Source of the DNA: Candidatus Microgenomates bacterium
GTDB lineage: Bacteria; Patescibacteriota; Microgenomatia; Daviesbacterales; UBA10151
Length of the DNA stretch: 64,000 bases
Assembly: GCA_016182045.1 (NCBI GenBank)
Contig: JACOYE010000007.1
Span: 34,121-98,120, forward strand
Direction of reading: 5' to 3'
This document shows, piece after piece, positions 1 through 8,522 of the stretch (the stretch's first letter is position 1; each line of letters begins with the position of its first letter). Position numbers and translations under genes: made by a program. Under the pieces are notes generated by a model that worked only from the letters and a program-made list of their open reading frames with translations, was not told the DNA's origin and did not search any database.

Positions 1-72
1 ACAGAGCAGACAGTAAACTTAATCAGGCTAAAGGAAAAAGGAATCAAATAATTTTTGAAGAATATCCTTTAA

Positions 73-1149
73 CTATTTCAGAACATAAATAGCTTTTTTG
101 GTGCCGCCACTCTTTTTGACCAAACCTTTTTGTCTTAAGAATTTAAGCTCCCGCAACACGGTATCATCTGAATAATCCGGAAAAATCTTTCTAAAATCTT
201 TATTAGATAAACCTTTATGTCTGTGTATATACTCCATGATTATCATCTGACGCTCATTTAACATAACCTGTTCTCCCAACTTATCCTTGATTTTGGCATC
301 AACAGAAATTCTTTGCACTTTTTCCTTGACTCTGTTCAGTTCTATGGCCACGCCTTCAGTAAAATACTCCAACCAGGGAGTCAAATCACGCTCATGAGTA
401 TCCAAAACCAGCTGATTAGAAACAGCTTGCAAAGTTAAGTAATACTGCATGGGATTTTCATCAAAATATTCCTCAAATGAGAAAAATTTCCTAATATCAT
501 AGTTATCCAAAAACATCACCAAGGTGGCTACAGCTCTGGCCACTCTGCCGTTGCCGTCTGAAAAAGGATGAATTCGGGCTATTTCGTAGTGGATGATGCC
601 TGCTTTAATAATAGGATGAGTTGCTCTTGCCTCATCAGAGTTGATCCAATTAACCAAATCTTCTATCAAATACGGCACTTCTACTGCAGGTGGAGGTGTA
701 TAAGAAATTTGTCCAGTTTTGGTATTTTTGATAACCACCTGGCGGATTCTAAACTTGCCGGAGGATTCAGGAGGTAAAATTTGCTCAGTTGTAAGTTTGT
801 GAATTTCCAAAATGGTCTCAATGGTAAAATTATATGCTCCTGATGAACCAATTTGTATTGCAATCCCGTCTATAAATTTTAAGACATTTCTATAATTTAA
901 AATCTCCTGAATATCTCGATCACGAGCAATTACCTCCTCACCTTCCAAAACATCACGTACTTCTTCAGCATTTAAAGGATTACCTTCCAAATGAGTTCCA
1001 TGGTGAACAGTTCTCTCCATGGCCTCTTTTCTAAACTTGGCCTCCCATGCAGGCACTAAGGGAGCATTCATGATCACTTCTCTAGAAGCTTCCACAATCC
1101 CAATATCTCTTAAGATCCGGTTGGTGATGGAATATTTGGGAATAAACAT
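73..1149 (-). CDS. Fic/Doc family protein (AMPylase-type) with C-terminal winged-helix
   Basis: Fic core motif HPFSDGNGRVARA in translated ORF; 358 aa. Confidence 0.85.
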   Translation of the reverse strand: MFIPKYSITNRILRDIGIVEASREVIMNAPLVPAWEAKFRKEAMERTVHHGTHLEGNPLNAEEVRDVLEGEEVIARDRDIQEILNYRNVLKFIDGIAIQIGSSGAYNFTIETILEIHKLTTEQILPPESSGKFRIRQVVIKNTKTGQISYTPPPAVEVPYLIEDLVNWINSDEARATHPIIKAGIIHYEIARIHPFSDGNGRVARAVATLVMFLDNYDIRKFFSFEEYFDENPMQYYLTLQAVSNQLVLDTHERDLTPWLEYFTEGVAIELNRVKEKVQRISVDAKIKDKLGEQVMLNERQMIIMEYIHRHKGLSNKDFRKIFPDYSDDTVLRELKFLRQKGLVKKSGGTKKAIYVLK

Positions 1150-1167
1150 GTTTTTAGCTAACAGCTA

Positions 1168-1533
1168 TCAGCTAGCAGCTTTCAGCTTTTTAATAAGCCC
1201 TCCTATCATAGCACTTAATTCATCTACTTCTAGAAGAGCATTCTGTAAACTAGTCACAGAGGTCATTTTAAGACTAATTGCTATTTCTAGAGCAGCCAAT
1301 ACCTCATAAGCAGATCTCTGAGCCATCTTTAAAAATCTTATAAATTCTGCATCAGAACCTGCTCCTGATCCCTCGGCAATATTTAAAACAATACTTACAG
1401 TTGCTCTTCTTATTTGATCTACTAAACCAAATCGCTCAGTGTGGGGAAATTTTGAAGTTAATTCATATATAAAAGTTACAAACTTAATGGACCTTTGCCA
1501 AACAGTTAGTTTTCTAAATTTCTGAACATACAT
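1168..1533 (-). CDS. four-helix-bundle protein (23S rRNA intervening-sequence protein family)
   Basis: MYVQKFRKLTVWQ...LNIAEGSG pattern typical of TIGR02436-like proteins. Confidence 0.65.
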   Translation of the reverse strand: MYVQKFRKLTVWQRSIKFVTFIYELTSKFPHTERFGLVDQIRRATVSIVLNIAEGSGAGSDAEFIRFLKMAQRSAYEVLAALEIAISLKMTSVTSLQNALLEVDELSAMIGGLIKKLKAAS

Positions 1534-1669
1534 AGTCTGTCGACTGTAGACTGCAAGCTGTCAGCTATTTTAATTATTTCACATTTCCCGCAAAAAGGCT
1601 AATCTGATTTAAGAGGTTTATCTTGTAGATACCCAAGGCTAAAGCCTTTGAAACGAGTTTATATGCTTC

Positions 1670-2023
1670 CTATCCTGACAGGTTTGATGAAAGATATGAA
1701 TCTAGTTTATTCTTCTGGTCTTGAGATAAACTTGGAATAATTGCTTTTAGATAATCGGAAAAGACCGACTCGCTGGCGTTAGAGACTGCTTCTCCAAATT
1801 CCTTATCGCTCAAAAAATCGTTTAATATGTCTTTGGGATCTTTACCTACCTCTGATGCATCTTTTAATTCAGTCTGTTTTGCTTCTGGTAAAGTTTGAAT
1901 GTAGTTAATTAAAGCCTCTTTAGAACAAAGCTCTAAAAATTCCCTCGTGAACTTCTCTCTATCACCATCGTAATCGATAACATTTAATAAATCAGCAATA
2001 ATGATCTTAGGACTTTTATTCAT
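1670..2023 (-). CDS. hypothetical protein
   Basis: ORF 117 aa, acidic, no motif recognised. Confidence 0.4.
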   Translation of the reverse strand: MNKSPKIIIADLLNVIDYDGDREKFTREFLELCSKEALINYIQTLPEAKQTELKDASEVGKDPKDILNDFLSDKEFGEAVSNASESVFSDYLKAIIPSLSQDQKNKLDSYLSSNLSG

Positions 2024-2026
2024 AGC

Positions 2027-2425
2027 CTATTTTTTGTATGCTAAAATTGCTGCTCTTCCTGCACGGTAAGCTCCGTTCAGAAGAGCAGCTGCGATAGCAA
2101 CTTCGGCTCCTGCTGCTATGCCAGCTCCAACATTAATATTGATAACATTTTCCGATTTAGAGACAATCTCTGATACTGTATTTACTGCTACTAAACCAGC
2201 ACCTGTTCCAAGGAGTCCGCCTATTAAGGTAACTACCGGAGCCACCACTTTCCCCATTACAGTTTGCTCAACAGTTGATTGCCGACTCTGCCTGTCTTTT
2301 ACAAAGTTATCACTAACAGATGTAGGGGACTCTTCCGGAGTTGACGGTTGTACTTGTGGCTCTTCTCCTCCTGTTTCTGACATAAGTATAAGGAATAGAA
2401 TACTACATTTGTCGTAGATTGTCAA
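2027..2425 (-). CDS. hypothetical Gly/Ala-rich membrane protein
   Basis: ORF 132 aa, G/A-rich hydrophobic C-terminal half. Confidence 0.4.
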   Translation of the reverse strand: MTIYDKCSILFLILMSETGGEEPQVQPSTPEESPTSVSDNFVKDRQSRQSTVEQTVMGKVVAPVVTLIGGLLGTGAGLVAVNTVSEIVSKSENVININVGAGIAAGAEVAIAAALLNGAYRAGRAAILAYKK

Positions 2426-2473
2426 AGATAGTTTTACAATTTTTACAAGAGGCTACAAGATCTTAAATGTTAA

Positions 2474-2512
2474 TACCATTTTCTTGTACGATCGCACATC
2501 AAATTGTCAACT
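2474..2512. repeat. 37-bp repeat with 14-bp perfect palindrome TGTACGATCG(C/T)ACA, copy A
   Basis: ACCATTTTCTTGTACGATCGCACATCAAATTGTCAAC; near-identical copies at 3019 and 10471. Confidence 0.8.
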
Positions 2513-3016
2513 TCAGAAAGAAAGTTTTCCAGAAAGACGTTCAACCTCCATTACCATCACCCATTTATCTATTCCCACATCCTTTATATAGGAATCCAAT
2601 TTATCGAAGACGTCTTTTTTAGAAATCCAAACACTCTTCTGTAGATGTTTAAATCCCCACTTTTTTAAATTCCTTCTAAAAAGATTTCTGATAATTCTTC
2701 TCTGTTCCGGGATATCAAAAATGACAATTCGCCATTTTCCGTCCCATTTACTCTCATCAAATCCATCACTAATTAATCCTCTTCCCTCATCTGTCAACTT
2801 GATTACAATATCTTTTTTAAGTTTAACTTGCTCAATTAATCCACCTTCTCTTAATCTTTTAAGAGCTTGAGATAAAGAAGATTTTTTAAGTTCAGGAGCA
2901 CCATAGTGGTAACGATAGTGATGATAAGCGAAATCCTCCACTCTAACATACCCATCAATTGTTTTTTCCAAGATTAACAGTATTGCCCTAGTCAAACTAT
3001 TTTTGTAGACTTTCAT
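2513..3016 (-). CDS. PaaX-like transcriptional regulator domain protein
   Basis: WDGKWRIVIFDIPE...LQKSVW C-terminal PaaX-like pattern; 167 aa. Confidence 0.5.
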   Translation of the reverse strand: MKVYKNSLTRAILLILEKTIDGYVRVEDFAYHHYRYHYGAPELKKSSLSQALKRLREGGLIEQVKLKKDIVIKLTDEGRGLISDGFDESKWDGKWRIVIFDIPEQRRIIRNLFRRNLKKWGFKHLQKSVWISKKDVFDKLDSYIKDVGIDKWVMVMEVERLSGKLSF

Positions 3017-3018
3017 AC

Positions 3019-3057
3019 CAATTCATTGTACGATCGTACACCAAAATGTCAACTATA
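3019..3057. repeat. 37-bp palindrome-containing repeat, copy B
   Basis: ACCAATTCATTGTACGATCGTACACCAAAATGTCAAC, direct orientation relative to copy A. Confidence 0.8.
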
Positions 3058-3062
3058 AGGTC

Positions 3063-6000
3063 TTATTTATCTAAACCTAAATATTCATCCCAACTTTTGA
3101 TTTCTAAATCTTCCATTTTCTTAGAAACTAGGCTTGAAATTAACAGTTCTGCTGCTTGTAAGTTAGTCACTAAAGGTATACCTAAGTCTATACAATTTCT
3201 TCTGATAATATATCCATCAGTTTCTACTCTCTCAGATTTCGGCTCACTAATATTTATAGCCAGATCAATCTGACCTTTCTGTAAAAAGTCTAACACAGAA
3301 GGGTGTTTACCCTCAGATATTTTATACAGTCTGGTGTTGTTAACCTTCACATCTTTTAAGAATTTTGAGGTATGTTCTGTTGCATATATCTTAAAACCTA
3401 ATATTGCAAGCTGATTGGCAGACTCAAGTAAAGCTACTTTATTTATTTGCCCCCCAATTGACAAAAATACACTATTTTTAGGTATCTTAAATCCTGTGGC
3501 AAGCAAAGATTTAAGATAAGCTTCCCTTAGATCATCACCAAAACATGCCACTTCCCCAGTTGAGGACATCTCAACTCTAAGTCTTGGGTCAGCCCCTTTA
3601 ATTCTGTTAAAAGAAAACTGGGGAGCTTTCACTCCCACGTAATCTAAATCTATGGTCTTAAAATCACCAGTTATATTCTCTCCCAACATTACTCTTACTG
3701 CCATATCAACAAAATTATAACCTGTTACTTTTGACACAAACGGAAAGGAACGGGATGCACGAAGGTTTAACTCAATCACCAAAATCTTTAAATCTTTGGC
3801 TAAAAACTGAATATTAAATGGACCATTAATATTTAATTCGCGAAGTACTTTTTGGGTAGCATCCTTGATTTTTCTGACAGTTTTCAAATAGAGCTTTTGC
3901 GGAGGTAGGACAATGGTGGCATCACCAGAGTGGACTCCGGCATTTTCTATATGTTCCGTGATGGCATAAATGAGAAGCTGACCTTTTTTAGCGACTCCGT
4001 CAATTTCAATCTCTTTTGCGCCTTCTACAAACTTTGAGATTACCACTGGGTATTCTGAGGATACATTTGATGCTTGTTTCAGATATTTTTTTAGATCCGA
4101 TCCAGAATATGCTACATTCATGGCAGAACCTGACAAAACATAAGAGGGTCTTATTAAAACAGGATATCCTATTTTTTTGGCAAAAGTTAAAGCATCATCT
4201 ATTGTCTTTAAACTTTGCCATACAGGTTGTTCTATCCCCAACTTATCCAAAAGCTTGGAAAATTTGTTTCTATCTTCTGCCTTGTCAATACTTTCAGGTG
4301 AAGTACCTAATATCCGATATCTTGCTCTAAAACAATCCATGGCCAAATTATTTGAAACTTGGCCCCCAAAACCTAAAACCAGACTTGTATTTTGTTCCAT
4401 ATCATAGATATCACTTACTCGTTCAAATGTCAGTTCCTCAAAATACAACTTATCCGCAATATCATAATCTGTGGAGACTGTTTCCGGATTACAGTTAATC
4501 ATGATCGTCTGAAGACCCTTAGCCTTTAAAGTTTGAGCCGCAGTCACAGCACACCAGTCAAACTCCACAGATGATCCAATCCGATATGGCCCTGATCCTA
4601 AAACAATAGCTTTCTTACTATCCACTGTACCCTGTCCCCTGTCACCTATTTCAGATTCTTCTCCATGATATGTCAGATAAAGATAGTTAGTCTTGGCAGG
4701 AAACTCCCCTGCCAAAGTATCAATGTGTTTGACTTTGGGAACTATTCCATTCTTTTTTCTAAATTTTCTTAATTCCTCTTCAGTCATCTTGAATGTTTTA
4801 GCCAATAACTGATCTGAAAACCCCAATTTCTTAGCATCCATCACTAACTTGCTTGCCCCACGAAACTTTAGTGAAGTGGGGTTACTTGTTACTTGTCTCT
4901 TGTCACTTGGTAGATTTTTCTCAAAATCTACTATCTCTTTTATCTGATACAAAAACCAAGGATCAATTCCTGTTGCTTGATAGATACTATCTACAGATTC
5001 TCCTTTAACAAACCTTTGAGCAATGACAAAAAGCCGCTGGGTGGTGGGTAAAAGCTTGGTATCATCTATCCCATTTCCCAGTAACCCGTCTTGACCAGTC
5101 TCTAACATTCTGATTGCTTTTTGTAAACTTTCCGGAAAACTTCTACCAATTGCCATGACCTCCCCCACGCTTTTCATCTCAGAACCTATTTGCTCATAAG
5201 CTCCCACAAATTTTTGCAAGTCCCATCTGGGGATTTTAACCACAATATAGTCTAGGGAAGGTTCAAAAAAGGCAGAGGTAGATAAGGTGACACTATTTTT
5301 TAGATTTGGCAAACTATATCCTAAACCAATTTTGGCGGCAATATAGGCTAAGGGATAACCTGTGGCTTTGGAAGCTAAGGCTGATGAGCGAGAAAGTCTG
5401 GCATTAACCTCAATCACCCGGCAGTCGTTATTCTGGGGATTTAGGGCAAACTGGATATTACACTCCCCCACAATCCCCAAATGCTCAATAACTTTTAAAG
5501 ATAGCTTTCGCAAAAAATGATATTGATAATTGTTTAAGGTTTGAGATGGAGCAACCACAATACTTTCACCTGTATGTATACCAAGCGGATCCATATTTTC
5601 CATGTTACAAACAGTGATTTTGTTACCAGCTTTATCTCTGACCACTTCATATTCCACTTCTTTCCAATGTTTCAAATATTCCTCCACAGCAATTTGGGGG
5701 ACATGGGCTAATGCATTGGTAGCCATCCTGATCAATTCTTCTTTATTGTCAACCACCCCTGAACCCAAACCGCCCAGGGAAAAACCTGATCTAATTAGTA
5801 AGGGGTATCCTATTCTTTTTGAAATTTTTACAGATTCTTCGATAGTAGAAGCAAATCCCCCTTTCGGCACTTTAATATTAATCTTGGCAAGTTCTTTTGC
5901 AAAAAGCTCTCTGTCTTCTGTGATTTCGATTGATCTTACGGGGGTTCCTAAAACTTTTACACCATACTTCTTAAAGACTCCAGCTTTTTCGAGACTTAGC

Positions 6001-6278
6001 CCACAATTTAAGGCAGTTTGGCCCCCAAATGAAAGCATTACCCCATCCGGTTTCTCTTTTTCGATGATTTTTTCCACAAAATATGGGGTGACTGGCAAAA
6101 AGTAAATTTTCCCTGCCAATTCTTTTGAGGTCTGAATAGTGGCTATATTGGGATTTATTAAAACTGTCTCTAAGCCTTCTTCTTTCAAAGCTTTTAAGGC
6201 TTGAGATCCGGAATAGTCAAATTCCCCAGCCTCGCCTATTTTTAAAGCTCCTGAACCAAGAACTAAAACTTTTTTCAT
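3063..6278 (-). CDS. carB: carbamoyl-phosphate synthase large subunit
   Basis: 1071 aa, duplicated ATP-grasp halves, N-term MKKVLVLGSGALKIGEAGEFDYSGSQA. Confidence 0.95.
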   Translation of the reverse strand: MKKVLVLGSGALKIGEAGEFDYSGSQALKALKEEGLETVLINPNIATIQTSKELAGKIYFLPVTPYFVEKIIEKEKPDGVMLSFGGQTALNCGLSLEKAGVFKKYGVKVLGTPVRSIEITEDRELFAKELAKINIKVPKGGFASTIEESVKISKRIGYPLLIRSGFSLGGLGSGVVDNKEELIRMATNALAHVPQIAVEEYLKHWKEVEYEVVRDKAGNKITVCNMENMDPLGIHTGESIVVAPSQTLNNYQYHFLRKLSLKVIEHLGIVGECNIQFALNPQNNDCRVIEVNARLSRSSALASKATGYPLAYIAAKIGLGYSLPNLKNSVTLSTSAFFEPSLDYIVVKIPRWDLQKFVGAYEQIGSEMKSVGEVMAIGRSFPESLQKAIRMLETGQDGLLGNGIDDTKLLPTTQRLFVIAQRFVKGESVDSIYQATGIDPWFLYQIKEIVDFEKNLPSDKRQVTSNPTSLKFRGASKLVMDAKKLGFSDQLLAKTFKMTEEELRKFRKKNGIVPKVKHIDTLAGEFPAKTNYLYLTYHGEESEIGDRGQGTVDSKKAIVLGSGPYRIGSSVEFDWCAVTAAQTLKAKGLQTIMINCNPETVSTDYDIADKLYFEELTFERVSDIYDMEQNTSLVLGFGGQVSNNLAMDCFRARYRILGTSPESIDKAEDRNKFSKLLDKLGIEQPVWQSLKTIDDALTFAKKIGYPVLIRPSYVLSGSAMNVAYSGSDLKKYLKQASNVSSEYPVVISKFVEGAKEIEIDGVAKKGQLLIYAITEHIENAGVHSGDATIVLPPQKLYLKTVRKIKDATQKVLRELNINGPFNIQFLAKDLKILVIELNLRASRSFPFVSKVTGYNFVDMAVRVMLGENITGDFKTIDLDYVGVKAPQFSFNRIKGADPRLRVEMSSTGEVACFGDDLREAYLKSLLATGFKIPKNSVFLSIGGQINKVALLESANQLAILGFKIYATEHTSKFLKDVKVNNTRLYKISEGKHPSVLDFLQKGQIDLAINISEPKSERVETDGYIIRRNCIDLGIPLVTNLQAAELLISSLVSKKMEDLEIKSWDEYLGLDK

Positions 6279-6289
6279 AACCCTCCTTT

Positions 6290-6366
6290 GTCATTGCGAG
6301 GAGCGAAGCGACGTGGCAATCTTTACTAATCAAGATCCTTCGGTCACTTCGTTCCCTCAGGATGAC
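6290..6366. repeat. ~77-bp palindromic hairpin element (GTCATT...GATGAC) in carA-carB intergenic spacer
   Basis: gtcattgcgaggagcgaagcgacg...cggtcacttcgttccctcaggatgac inverted arms. Confidence 0.7.
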
Positions 6367-6400
6367 AAAATGCGTTTAGAAATTTTACGCATTTTGTCAA

Positions 6401-7468
6401 CTACAAATATGAGACAAATTCATCAAACAAATATCCTGCATCAACTGGACCTGGATTTGCTTCAGGATGAAACTGAACTGCCAAGAATGGCTTTTTTTTG
6501 TGTCTTATTCCTTCATTAGTGCCGTCATTTAAGTTGACAAACCACTCCACCCATTCTGATTCCAAAGATTTCATATCCACTGCAAAACCATGATTTTGAG
6601 AAGTGATTATGGCTTTTTTATTGGTCACATCTTGAACCGGCTGATTTTGACCTCGGTGGCCAAATTTTAATTTATAGGTGTTGCCTCCTACTGCCAAAGC
6701 CAATATTTGACTTCCTAAACAAATACCAAAAGTTGGAACGCCTTCCCTGAGTAGTTGTTCCACAACCTTAATGGTTTTTTTGGCCTGTTTTGGATCTCCC
6801 GGACCATTGGAAACTACCACTCCATCAAATTTAAGTTTTAAAGTTTTCGGATTGAAGTCCCAAGGCACACGAGTAACCCTAACATCTCTTTTTAAGAGTG
6901 AACGAACTATATTTTCTTTGGCTCCACAATCAATTAGCACAATATTTCTCTTTCCAGATCCATAGGTTTCTACCTCATCCACACTCACATATGGCAAAAC
7001 ATTCTCAGCATTGGGATCATACTGTCTGATAGCTGAAGACTGTTGACTGACGATTATCCTACCCAGCATCACCCCATGCTCCCTTAATTTGATAGTCAAA
7101 GCCCTAGTGTCTATCCCCTGTAGCGCTGGTATCCCTTCATCTTTTAACCACTCAGCCAAAGTTTTCTGGCTTTCAAAATGTGACGGGTGATCAATGTAAT
7201 TTTGAACAATTAATCCTTTAACTTGAATTTTTCCAGATTCCCAAAAATCTTTTTTTGGCACTCCATAATTTCCCACCAAAGGGTAAGTTAGAACCAAAAT
7301 CTGGCCAAAATATGATGGGTCTGTTAAAGATTCCGGATATCCCACCATGCCAGTATTAAAAACCACCTCTCCTGACCCCGATTCAATCGGGGCTGAGGTG
7401 GAATGTTGGAAGCCAAAGGACTCTCCGATAAATTCTGTCCCATCTGATAAAATCAGCTTGCCTGTCAT
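6401..7468 (-). CDS. carA: carbamoyl-phosphate synthase small subunit (glutamine amidotransferase)
   Basis: 355 aa, GICLGSQ amidotransferase Cys motif, CarA N-domain. Confidence 0.95.
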   Translation of the reverse strand: MTGKLILSDGTEFIGESFGFQHSTSAPIESGSGEVVFNTGMVGYPESLTDPSYFGQILVLTYPLVGNYGVPKKDFWESGKIQVKGLIVQNYIDHPSHFESQKTLAEWLKDEGIPALQGIDTRALTIKLREHGVMLGRIIVSQQSSAIRQYDPNAENVLPYVSVDEVETYGSGKRNIVLIDCGAKENIVRSLLKRDVRVTRVPWDFNPKTLKLKFDGVVVSNGPGDPKQAKKTIKVVEQLLREGVPTFGICLGSQILALAVGGNTYKLKFGHRGQNQPVQDVTNKKAIITSQNHGFAVDMKSLESEWVEWFVNLNDGTNEGIRHKKKPFLAVQFHPEANPGPVDAGYLFDEFVSYL

Positions 7469-8400
7469 GTCAGTCTACCTAGGATTAATCCTAATAATGC
7501 TTCTCTTACATATAACCCGTTTCGCGCCTGAGCAAAGTAAATCGCATTCGGATGTGTATCTAATTGTGGGGTAATTTCATTAACTCTGGGCAGTGGATGC
7601 ATAAGTTTTATTCCCCTATCCAAAAATTTTTTAAAAGTTGCATCTAAAATAAATTTATCCTTTACTTTTTTATACTCATTTAAATCCTGAAATCTTTCCT
7701 TTTGCACTCTGGTTTGATATAGAAAATCAGCTTGCAGATTATCAGGTAATTTATCAAACTGTTCATATTCCACCCCTCTTTGAACTAAGATTTTTAAAAA
7801 TTCCTCAGGCATAGCAAGAGTTGGATGGGCGATAAAGATTTGTTTAATTTTAAAAAGAGAAAGTGCCAAAGATAAAGCATGCACTGTTCTGCCATATTTT
7901 AAGTCCCCCATCAAAGCTACAGTTATCCCATCCAGTTTACCTGCTTCCTTAAGCATGGTATAAAGATCCAGCATGGTTTGAGTTGGATGCTGGTTGGGGC
8001 CATCTCCTGCATTAATCACTGGTATTAAAGCTATCTCTGCTGCCTCTTTGGCAGCCCCAGCTTTGGGGTGTCTAATGATTAAACAATCAGCATAAGAATC
8101 CATAATCCTGATGGTGTCTGAGAAACTTTCGCCTTTATGGATAGAGGTTGACTGAGGGTCATTAAAACCAATGATACCCATGCCTATTTTTTGAGCTGCT
8201 GATCTAAATGATTGCTCTGTACGGGTGGATTGTTCAAAAAATAGTAATCCTGCAATTTTACCTTGAGCAATAGTGTAGTTAGATCTGTCACTTTTTACAA
8301 ATTGAGGATCAAATTTTTTGGCAGTTTTTAAAATAAAAAGTAACTCCTCTTTGGAGAAATCATTTATATCTATAATATCTCGTCCCTTAAAATTTTGCAT
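7465..8400 (-). CDS. pyrB: aspartate carbamoyltransferase catalytic subunit
   Basis: 311 aa, STRT..SF and HPLPR motifs; 4-bp overlap with carA. Confidence 0.9.
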   Translation of the reverse strand: MQNFKGRDIIDINDFSKEELLFILKTAKKFDPQFVKSDRSNYTIAQGKIAGLLFFEQSTRTEQSFRSAAQKIGMGIIGFNDPQSTSIHKGESFSDTIRIMDSYADCLIIRHPKAGAAKEAAEIALIPVINAGDGPNQHPTQTMLDLYTMLKEAGKLDGITVALMGDLKYGRTVHALSLALSLFKIKQIFIAHPTLAMPEEFLKILVQRGVEYEQFDKLPDNLQADFLYQTRVQKERFQDLNEYKKVKDKFILDATFKKFLDRGIKLMHPLPRVNEITPQLDTHPNAIYFAQARNGLYVREALLGLILGRLT

Positions 8401-8408
8401 TTTTTTTC

Positions 8409-8433
8409 AAAAAAAATCCGCCCCTAGGCGGAT
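8409..8433 (-). terminator. Rho-independent terminator between pyrC and pyrB
   Basis: perfect palindrome ATCCGCCCCTAGGCGGAT followed on minus strand by T8. Confidence 0.7.
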
Positions 8434-8522
8434 AAAACTACCTTTTACAACTAACTTAAAAATGTATTTTTTAAGCATAAACCTTGGGATAGTTTAATGT
8501 TAAAAAAACCTTTTGTCAACCT

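Noticed and set aside
568-863. Short ORFs antisense to or nested in the Fic gene (568..777+, 681..863-)
   Set aside because: Fully contained within a well-supported 358-aa Fic CDS; no motifs; typical spurious AT-rich frames.
4016-6105. Plus-strand ORFs inside carB (4016..4330, 4177..4407, 5602..6105)
   Set aside because: Antisense to a highly conserved 1071-aa CarB; low-complexity translations.
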